Assembly (NCBI GenBank): GCA_965248925.1
Contig: CBDFLE010000006.1
Location: 3,360,001-3,424,000 of the forward strand
DNA length: 64,000 nt
From: Candidatus Multivoradales bacterium
GTDB taxonomy: Bacteria; Acidobacteriota; Thermoanaerobaculia; Multivoradales; J023
Reading direction: 5' to 3'
Part shown: positions 37,968 to 46,600 of the stretch, piece by piece
How the letters are laid out: each line of letters opens with the position of its first letter
Position numbering within the stretch: the stretch's first letter is position 1
Translations under genes and position numbers: made by a program
The notes under the pieces: generated by a model
What the model saw: only the letters and a program-made list of their open reading frames with translations
What the model was told of the DNA's origin: nothing
The model's database searches: none

Positions 37968-39543
37968 ATTTGGCTAGAGCAGCGCGCACCACATCGAGCG
38001 CTTCGCCGACCGCGATGCGGTCTTGGCGGCGGTCGTCGCGATGGCGGATAGTCACCGTATCGTCGACCATCGTCTGGCCATCGATGGTCAAGCAATAGGG
38101 GGTACCGACCTCGTCGTGACGAGCGTAGCGCTTGCCGATCGAGTGCTGCTCGTCGTATTTGGCATTGACCCCGGCGGCGAGAAAGCGCTCGACGATGCCG
38201 CGGGCAACCTCGGGCATGCCGTCTTTCTTCACCAAAGGCAAGATACCGGCCTTGATCGGCGCCAGGCGAGGATGCAGGCGCAGCACGGTGCGAGCCCCTT
38301 TGCCCTCGGCATCGGCCTCTTCTTCGTCGTAGGCATCGCAGAGCACCGCCAGCACTCCGCGGGTGGCGCCCGCCGCCGGCTCGACGACGTGGGGCACATA
38401 GCGCCAGCCGTTCTTGCCGGTGTCGGGGTCAACGGCTTGGGGATCGAAGTAGTTGAGCTTCTTGCCCGACCCCTCGCTGTGCGCCTTGAGGTCGTGGTCG
38501 GTCCGCGAAGCGATGCCTTCGAGCTCGTCCCAGCCCCAGGGAAAGCGGTAGTCGATATCGAAACAACCGTCCGAGTAGTGCGCCAGCTCGTCTTCGTCGT
38601 GTTGGCGAAAGCGCAGGTTGTCCTTGTTTAGGCCAATGCCCCGCCACCAGGCCAGGCGCTGCTCTTTCCAGTATTCCAACCATTTCGGCCCTTCGCCGGG
38701 GGGGACGAAGAACTCCATCTCCATCTGCTCGAATTCGACCGAGCGGAAAATGAAGTGCTCGACGGTGATCTCGTTGCGGAAGCTACGCCCCATCTGGGCG
38801 ATACCGAAGGGCACCTTGATGGCGGTCGATTGCAGCACGTTGGGGAACTGCACGAACATCGCCTGGGCGGTCTCTGGCCGCAAGTAGGCGGTGGAATCGG
38901 CCGTCGCTTGCTCCACCCGGCGGCGGATCTCGGCATCGTCGGCGCCGGCTTCGATCGCCGAGCGCACCTGGTTGATCACCTCGCCGATCGGATCCACCGG
39001 CCCCAAGCTAGTGCGCAGCATCAAGTTGAATTGGCGTTCTTCGCTGAGGAAAGGGGAGCCGCAGTTCGGGCAGCCGTAGCCCCGGTCGCCAGCGGTGGCG
39101 CCGTGCAGGGTCTTGCCTTGGCGGCGGAGTTCCAAACCCTCGGTGCGCTCGACTCGTTCGAGCGCCACCTTGGCGCGGCCCTTGTCGGCCAGGGTGATTG
39201 GCGCCGCTTCGCCTGCGGTCAGCCGTGGCGCCTTGTCGGCGCGAAAGCGCTCGCCACAGACCTTGCAATCGACCAGCGGGTCGGAGAATCCCGTCAGGTG
39301 GCCGCTCGAGCGCCAAACGTCGGAGTGCATGATGATCGAGGCGTCCAGGCCGACCACGTCTTCGCGGCTGTGGACCATCGCTCGCCACCACTCGTTCATC
39401 AGATTGCGCTTAAGTTCGGCGCCCATTGGGCCGTAGTCGTAGGCCGAGCGCAAACCGCCGTAGATCTCGGAACTCTGGTAGACGAATCCACGGCGCTTGG
39501 CCAACGAGACGATTTTCTGCATCGAGACGGCGGATGGGCTCAC
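37966..39543 (-). CDS. glyQS: glycine--tRNA ligase (alpha2 type)
   Basis: LAKRRGFVYQSSEIYGG, YLRPETAQ, FEQMEMEFF, ELEGIASR, VVEPAAG, anticodon-binding domain. Confidence 0.96.
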   Translation of the reverse strand: MSPSAVSMQKIVSLAKRRGFVYQSSEIYGGLRSAYDYGPMGAELKRNLMNEWWRAMVHSREDVVGLDASIIMHSDVWRSSGHLTGFSDPLVDCKVCGERFRADKAPRLTAGEAAPITLADKGRAKVALERVERTEGLELRRQGKTLHGATAGDRGYGCPNCGSPFLSEERQFNLMLRTSLGPVDPIGEVINQVRSAIEAGADDAEIRRRVEQATADSTAYLRPETAQAMFVQFPNVLQSTAIKVPFGIAQMGRSFRNEITVEHFIFRSVEFEQMEMEFFVPPGEGPKWLEYWKEQRLAWWRGIGLNKDNLRFRQHDEDELAHYSDGCFDIDYRFPWGWDELEGIASRTDHDLKAHSEGSGKKLNYFDPQAVDPDTGKNGWRYVPHVVEPAAGATRGVLAVLCDAYDEEEADAEGKGARTVLRLHPRLAPIKAGILPLVKKDGMPEVARGIVERFLAAGVNAKYDEQHSIGKRYARHDEVGTPYCLTIDGQTMVDDTVTIRHRDDRRQDRIAVGEALDVVRAALAK

Positions 39544-39880
39544 GATACGACCTTTCCAGTGCTGTACGGCGCTGTTTGGTGCTGGCCCGAGCCGTCTCAA
39601 AGCAGCTCGGGCTGGTGGATGAAGGCGCCTTTTTAACACAGGTGTCGCGGAAATTACACAAACGCCTGAAAACAGGCGTGTTGCTCCCCGTCCCGTCCGG
39701 GCCGTCCCGCCCCAGCGAGGATTTCAGTCCATCGCCGACACTCGAGGCTCTGCTTTGGCTGGCAGGGCCGCACCGCCGCGAGTCTGCTGTACCCTAGTGG
39801 AAGAGTCGGGCTGGCCAAGTAATGCTAGCCAAAGATACAGTCCCTTCGCGGCGAGAGATCAGCAGATTGAGTACTTCAGC

Positions 39881-41227
39881 ATGAATTTTCGACTTTCTCG
39901 AATCCCCCGTCGCTTACCGGCTCTCCTCGCTACCCTGCTGCTTCCTTGGCTGGTCGGCTGTAGTGGCTCGCAACCGCCACCGCGACTTCTACCTTTAGTT
40001 GACAGCGCCGCGCGGACGCCGGTGGTGTTGGTGCCGGGAATCACCGGCACCGAGCTGGTCGACTCGACCGGCAAGATTCACTGGGGCAAGGGTGGCAACC
40101 TTTTCGTGCCTCGCGACCGGGGGTACGGACTGGCTTTGCCGCTGGTCGAAGGTGGCCCGGACCAGCTGCGGGCGGGGCAGGTGATAGAGAGAATCTCGGT
40201 AGGCGGGGTGATCAAGAAGCCGGTTTACGGTCCGATCATCGAGTTGCTGCAAGCTAACGGCTACGTTCGTGGCGATCTGTCGTCTCCAGATAGCGATTCC
40301 GACCTCTATTTGTTTGGCTACGACTGGCGCCGCGACAACTCGACCTCGGCGCGGCGGTTGTTCGCGCGACTCGCGGATTTGCGCCGAGCCCGCGGCGAAG
40401 ATCGCCTGCGAGTGACCCTGCTATGCCAGTCCAACGGCGGCCACATCTGCCGTTGGTTGGCCAAGTACGGCAACGCTACCTTGGCCGCAGCCGAGGCTGG
40501 CCGGGGAGCACCGCCAGTCCAGTTCGAGATCGAGCGGATTGTTTTCGTCGGCACCGCCAACGGCGGCTCGATGCGAATCCTGCGCGAGTTGCACCGGGGT
40601 CGCCACTACGTACCGCTAGTGGGTCGCAAGCTGGCAGCCGAGACCCTGTTCACCTTCCCCTCCCTCTACCAGGATCTGCCGGCCTACCGCGACGATCTCT
40701 TTGTTGACCCGGACGGCCAAACGTTGGCGGTCGGTCTCTTCGATGCGGCCAGCTGGCAGCACTACGGCTGGTCGGCTTTTGCCGCCGATGCAGCGCGGCG
40801 GATGGACCGGCGGCCTGATTTGTTTGGTAGCGAAGCCGATCGCCTGCATTTCCTAGAGGACGCTCTAGCCGCTGGCCAAACCATGCAGCGCCTGCTCCAG
40901 CGGGACGTGGCTGGTTTCTCCGTTGGCCGCTACTTCTTGATCCAGAATGTCTACGAGCCGACTCCTGATCGTGCTGTTCTGGTGCGTCAGAAAGACGGTT
41001 GGGAAATGCAGCTCACCGGCGATCCCAAACTGCGTCAGGACACCTATTTGAGTGCCTTGGTGAGTGCGCCGGGGGATGGCCATGCCGCTCAGGCCAGCCA
41101 AGTGTGGCTGTCACCGCAGGAGCTGGCGGTATTGCACGATCAACCCTTCCACATTCTCGGTGAGCACTTCGAGATGATCCTTGATCGGGGCACCCATCGC
41201 CGGCTGCTCGATTTCTTGCTGGAATGA
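39881..41227 (+). CDS. lipoprotein, LCAT/PGAP1-like alpha/beta hydrolase (lipase/acyltransferase)
   Basis: Lipobox LVGC, VVLVPGITGTEL, YDWRRD, nucleophile elbow CQSNGG, PGDG. Confidence 0.8.
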   Translation: MNFRLSRIPRRLPALLATLLLPWLVGCSGSQPPPRLLPLVDSAARTPVVLVPGITGTELVDSTGKIHWGKGGNLFVPRDRGYGLALPLVEGGPDQLRAGQVIERISVGGVIKKPVYGPIIELLQANGYVRGDLSSPDSDSDLYLFGYDWRRDNSTSARRLFARLADLRRARGEDRLRVTLLCQSNGGHICRWLAKYGNATLAAAEAGRGAPPVQFEIERIVFVGTANGGSMRILRELHRGRHYVPLVGRKLAAETLFTFPSLYQDLPAYRDDLFVDPDGQTLAVGLFDAASWQHYGWSAFAADAARRMDRRPDLFGSEADRLHFLEDALAAGQTMQRLLQRDVAGFSVGRYFLIQNVYEPTPDRAVLVRQKDGWEMQLTGDPKLRQDTYLSALVSAPGDGHAAQASQVWLSPQELAVLHDQPFHILGEHFEMILDRGTHRRLLDFLLE

Positions 41228-41262
41228 CAGCGGGCGGGCCTGACGGTGATTGTGAGACTGCA

Positions 41263-41688
41263 ATGAACAGGACTTCTTTAACCATCGTAGGTTCGCTATT
41301 GGCGGCCGCAGTCGGCTTGCAGGGCTGCGCACCAGGCCCATCGCCCAGCGAGTCGCTGGCGATATCCGAGGCTTTTCTGGACCAGATTGCCGCTGAATTT
41401 GGGCCGTTTCCGATAGCTATCGACGAAGAAGTCGAGATGGTGGCGGTAGATGGCCGGCCGGCGATGCTGGTCTACAACTATCGGCTGGTCGACATGGAGG
41501 CTTCTGAGATCGATGCTAACGCCCTGATTCAATGGACACAGCCGGCTGTGGTCTTGGAGGTCTGTGGTGCGTCGGAAACCCGTGACAACCTGTTGCACAA
41601 GGGTGTCACCTTGCGCTACATCTACCATGACAAGAATCTGAAGCCGGTCGCTTCTTTCGATGTAACTGAGGCCACTTGCGGGCTTTAG
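41263..41688 (+). CDS. small lipoprotein, hypothetical
   Basis: Lipobox LQGC; two further Cys; GVTLRYIYHD. Confidence 0.7.
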   Translation: MNRTSLTIVGSLLAAAVGLQGCAPGPSPSESLAISEAFLDQIAAEFGPFPIAIDEEVEMVAVDGRPAMLVYNYRLVDMEASEIDANALIQWTQPAVVLEVCGASETRDNLLHKGVTLRYIYHDKNLKPVASFDVTEATCGL

Positions 41689-41720
41689 TGTTCCCTCCTC
41701 AGATCAAGTGTCTAACCGTG

Positions 41721-43100
41721 ATGAACTATGCAGCTGATGTAGAACCCCAAGAATCTGACACTGCCGTGCCAGGCATCACCACACCGGCAGCGACGCCGGT
41801 CCCGGCCGAAGTGCTGCCGGTAGACCTCGGCGAGCGTAAGGGTTCGATCGACTTGCTGCGCGGAGTCGCCCTCTGCGGCATCTTGTTGATGAATATTTAT
41901 GCCTTTTCGATGCCCTTTCAGGCCTACGACAACCCGCCGATCTACGGTGGTACCGGTGCGCTCGACATCGGCACTTGGTTGTTCAATCACCTCTTCTCAG
42001 AACTCAAATTCATGACCATATTCTCGGCCCTCTTCGGCGCCGGCATGGTGTTAATGGCCGAACGAGCGGCGGCGCTTGGTCGCCGCTTTGCCGGAGTCTG
42101 GTATCGCCGTCAAGCATTGTTGATGTTGATCGGCATGATGCACGGCTACTTGCTGTGGTTTGGCGACATCCTGTTTCACTATGGCTTGTGCGGCATGTTG
42201 CTCTATCCCTTGCGCCGCGCTTCGGCGAAGAATTTGATCACTCTCGGCTTGGTGACTCTATCGGTGGCACCATTGCTCAACACCGGCATCGGCTTAGCGA
42301 TGGGCTATGTCCGGAATCAAGGGAAGGCTGTAGAAGCGCGCGCGGAGGCGGGCCTTGAATTGGACGCTGAAGAGCAGCTGACCCTTGAGCGTTGGCGCGA
42401 GATGGCGATCTTTCTCCAGCCGGATGCGGCGGAGATCGAGCGTTCGGTCGAGGTTCATCACGGCGGTTGGTGGGGGATTGCCAAGGAACGCTCGGAGCTG
42501 GTGTTAACCATGCAGACCTTCATCACTCTGACCTTGATCCTGTGGCGGGCCACTGGTGTCATGTTGATCGGCATGGGGCTGATGAAACTCGGTATTTTGT
42601 CGGCCGAGCGTTCGCGCCTCTTTTATGGCCGGGCGATGTTGTGGGGTTATGGCCTGGGCCTGCCGCTGGTGGCGATCGGTGCTTGGGACCATTGGTCGCA
42701 CAATTTTGACAGCTTGCGCCTGATGGCAGTTGGCGCTCATTTCAACTATTACGGCAGCCTCGGAGTGGCGCTCGGGCATGTCGGGTTGGTGATGCTCTTC
42801 TGGCAGAGTGGAGTCGCCATCTGGTTGCGCCGCCGCCTCCAAGCGGTGGGCCGCATGGCGTTTACCAACTACTTGATGCAGACCGTGGTGTGCACCACGC
42901 TGTTCTATGGCTACGGTTTCGATCTTTTTGGTCGCTTCAGCCGTTTCGAGCAGATGGGCTTCGTGCTCGGGGTGTGGCTGCTGCAACTGCTGTGGAGCCC
43001 CTGGTGGCTGGCGCGTTTCCGCTTCGGTCCAGCGGAGTGGGCCTGGCGCTCACTGACCTATCGCCAGCGGCAGCCGATGTTGCGCGAGAGGGCCGGCTGA
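41721..43100 (+). CDS. DUF418 (YeiB-like) membrane protein
   Basis: DLLRGVALCGILLMNI, GDILFHYG, GRMAFTNYLMQT, GPAEWAWRSLTY. Confidence 0.92.
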   Translation: MNYAADVEPQESDTAVPGITTPAATPVPAEVLPVDLGERKGSIDLLRGVALCGILLMNIYAFSMPFQAYDNPPIYGGTGALDIGTWLFNHLFSELKFMTIFSALFGAGMVLMAERAAALGRRFAGVWYRRQALLMLIGMMHGYLLWFGDILFHYGLCGMLLYPLRRASAKNLITLGLVTLSVAPLLNTGIGLAMGYVRNQGKAVEARAEAGLELDAEEQLTLERWREMAIFLQPDAAEIERSVEVHHGGWWGIAKERSELVLTMQTFITLTLILWRATGVMLIGMGLMKLGILSAERSRLFYGRAMLWGYGLGLPLVAIGAWDHWSHNFDSLRLMAVGAHFNYYGSLGVALGHVGLVMLFWQSGVAIWLRRRLQAVGRMAFTNYLMQTVVCTTLFYGYGFDLFGRFSRFEQMGFVLGVWLLQLLWSPWWLARFRFGPAEWAWRSLTYRQRQPMLRERAG

Positions 43101-43180
43101 GCAGCGCGAGCAGCTCTTCCCCGTCCCGCAGGGACGTTATCGTCAACCCCTCGCTGAGCAGGCCGAAGTCCACCATCGTC

Positions 43181-43204
43181 TCAGTTGGTGTCGACTGCGA
43201 TCAC
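43181..43204 (-). pseudogene. truncated vapC (PIN toxin) stub
   Basis: GTG ATC GCA GTC GAC ACC AAC TGA = MIAVDTN*, overlapping the antitoxin stop (GTGA). Confidence 0.7.
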
Positions 43205-43458
43205 CCGCCATGGCCCTCGTAGATCATTGCCCTAATCGTGTCCCAATCGCCTTCGTGAATGTCCGGCTGCAGGCCATCGCCGCTGCAGCTAGCATCGCGC
43301 AAGTGGAACGCTGGCGTATGCCTACGCGATTGTACGACGAGGCGCAAGCCCTCTTCGATCAACGTGCGTAGAGTCGTCTGGTCGCGATTCGCGATTTGTT
43401 TCGCGGTAGCGAGCAGCGGGTCGGAGATCTCTACGGTCGTCTTCATATGGGTAACCAT
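43201..43458 (-). CDS. VapB-type RHH antitoxin (DUF2191-like)
   Basis: MKTTVEISDPLLATAK...TTLRTLIEEGLR...IYEGHGG. Confidence 0.85.
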   Translation of the reverse strand: MVTHMKTTVEISDPLLATAKQIANRDQTTLRTLIEEGLRLVVQSRRHTPAFHLRDASCSGDGLQPDIHEGDWDTIRAMIYEGHGG

Positions 43459-43684
43459 ATCATTGGACCCGTAGACGAATAGACTAGGTGGAATCTAGAC
43501 CCGATCGTTGCATCAGATCGCCCCTCAGACGGCGGGTTTGAGCACCCAAAGTTAACCCAGGAACTAAGAGTCCCTCCGAAGGGCTTGCCTTTCACTCCGT
43601 CTGCCCCGGCTCTGTCACAATTCGCCTTCAGATCCGCATCAGCGGGTCATCACTGCTCTGCTCTGGCCTGCTCTACTGGAAATC

Positions 43685-46600
43685 ATGAAACGAGATACCA
43701 CCCAAGCCCCCCTAGGACGTCTGGCGGCGTCCAACTCCCACCTGCGGCCGCGATTTCTGTTCACCTGTGGCCTGCTATTGGTCCTCGCCCCTGGCTTGCT
43801 GGCGGCGCCTGGGCCTGAGTTGCAGATCTTGTCGATCACCCCCAGTGGCGACGATGTGCCGGCGGAGCGGCAGATCGTCGTCCAGTTCGACCGGCCGATG
43901 GTGCCGCTGGGGCGGATGGAGCGGGATAGCAGTGAGGTGCCGATCGAGATCTCCCCGGCGCTCGACTGTGAGTGGCGCTGGCTGAACAACGCTGCCCTCT
44001 CTTGCCGGCTGCAGGAGAACGGTGCTTTGGTACCGGCGACTCGCTACCGGCTGGTAGTGGCGCCGACTCTGGAGGCGCTCGATGGAGCGCGGTTGGCAGC
44101 GCCTCAGGAGCACCGCTTCTCGACCCGGCGGCCGCGGGTGGTGCGGGCTCGGTTTCTCACCTGGGAGGGGCCGGGTAGCCCGTCGATGCAGCTGACTTTT
44201 AACCATCCACCGGACAGCGCTGCGGTGGCCGAGCATGTCTATTTCAGCTTTGGCAACGGTAGGCGGGTGGCGGCTCGGGTGGAGCTGCGGCAGCCTGACA
44301 GTGATCCGACCCAGGATCGCTACCGGGTGCTCAGGCCAGTCGAGGTGCTACCCCTCGATCACCAGGTGCGGCTGCGGGTCGAGCCTGGTTTGCGTTCTTG
44401 GGCCGGCCCCGAGCCAGGGGTCGAGGATCGGGTGGTGGTCGAATTCTCGACTTTTCCAGCAGCTCGGTTTCTTGGGGTTCGTTGTCGCGATAATCAACTG
44501 CGGGATATCGGCTGGGGGCGGGCCGCGGGCGTTTGCAACCCGCTCGAGGATGTGCGGCTGGTGTTTTCTTCGCCGATGCTGGTCGATGCCTTGCGCGACC
44601 AGCTGCTGATCGAGCCCGACCTGGCCGGCGAGCGGGAGGACTATGACCCGTGGGAGAAAGTCTATCGCTACTCGCGGCTGCGCGGCCCCCGGCATGCGGG
44701 GCAGGTCTACGAGTACAGCCTGCCAGAGGTGCTGCGGGCGCGCTCGATCTATCGGCTACGAGGCTCGGCCGAGGCTTTGCGCGATGAGTTCGGGCGCCCG
44801 CTGGTGAGCGATTTCGACCACCGCTTCGAGACTTCGGATCGGCCGCCGCGGTTTGTTCTCACCCACCCCCTGTCGGTGCTTGAACGGCAGGTCGAAACCC
44901 ATGTGCCGGTGGTGGTGACCAACCTCGAACAGCTGTCGCTGGCGGTTCACGGCGTCACCCCGCGCGGTGCGGTCGATCGTACGTTCAAGATTTCGGTGGC
45001 CGATGCTCAGAACGTCGCTTTCGCCATGCCGCTGCCGGTGCGCGAGTGGCTCGATGACGATTCGGGCGCGGTGTTTGCGACCCTCAGCTCGGTACCTGGA
45101 GTGAAGGGCTCGGCACGGCATTTCTTTTCACAGGTCACCCCTTTCTCGGTGCACGCCAAGATCGGCTATCACAACTCTCTGATTTGGGTGACGGATCTGG
45201 CCACCGGTCTGCCAGTGGAAGGGGCCAAGGTGCGGATCTTTGCCGCCGGCACCGAGCAGATGCCGGCAGCGCCGGTAAGCCGCAGCGAAGCGTTGACCGG
45301 AGTCGCTGGCTTGGCCTGGCTCGATGGCACCGACAAGCTCGATCCGAAGCAGGGTCTCAACGGCTATCTGCGCCTGCCTCACGGATTTGATTCCCGGCCT
45401 CTGCTGTGGGTGCGGGTCGATCACCAAGGGGAAATGGCCTTGCTGCCAGTGGACGGGGAGTTCGCGGTGCGGGCCCTGGGCCATGGCGATAGCTGGATTC
45501 CCAGTTGGCAACGGCCGCAGTACGGACACGTTCGCGCCTGGGGGACTACCGCCCAGGGGGTCTACCGGTTGGGCGACAACTTGCAATTCAAGATCTGGGT
45601 GCGCGACCAGGGCAATCTGCGGCTGGTGCCGCCTCCGGCCACCATCTACAGCCTGCGTATCGTCGATCCGACCGGCAAAGAGGTACATCGGGTCGACGAC
45701 ATCGAGCTCAGTGCTTTCGGCGGACTCGACGGTGAATTCCGCTTGCCCGAGAATGCCGCCGTGGGCTGGTATGACTTCGAGCTGCAGGCGGCTGCCTTGC
45801 CTGACTCGCTCTTTCCACTACGGGTATTGGTGGCTGATTTCACTCCGGCGCCGTTCCGGGTCAGCTCGGACTTGAATGGCGAGCTGTTCCGCGCTGGCGA
45901 TCAACTCGAGGTTGCCACTCGGGCTCGGCTGCACTCCGGCGGGCCTTATCTGGAAGCGCAAACCCGAGTCACCCTGGCCTTGGCCACCTCGCCTCTGCCG
46001 TTGGCCACGGCGGCTCAGGGCTTTACTTTCGCCACCGGCCATCAAAGGCGCCGCACTTTGCACCAACGGGCTGGCACCCTCGATGATCGCGGCGATCTGC
46101 TACAACAATTCACTATTCCCGAGAGTGACGTGGTCCACGGTCGTCTGACGGTGGAGAGCGCGGTGCGAGATGACCGTGGCAAGTACGTTGTCGGCCGCAG
46201 CTCAGCGCGTTTTGTCGGTCGCGATCGCTACGTCGGTATCCGTCTGCAGGATTGGATTCTCAAAGGTGGTCAGGTGGCCGAGGTGCTGGCTTTGGTGGTC
46301 GACGAACACGGCCAGCCAGTGGCCGGTAGCGAGGTGACGACCCAGGTGCAGTATCGGCAGACCACCGCTTCGCGGGTGAAGGGAGCTGGCAATGCTTACC
46401 TGACCCGCTACCACCACGCCTGGGTCGAGGTGGCGAACTGCCGGATGACCGCGGCTGAAGACCCGGTCAGCTGTCGTTTCACCCCTGAGAAGGCGGGCCT
46501 CTACCGCCTCACCCAGAGCATTTATGATCGTCAAGGGCGGCGTCATTCGAGTACGACGACGCGTTGGGCAAGCGGTGCCGGGCAGGTGATTTGGGAGGCG

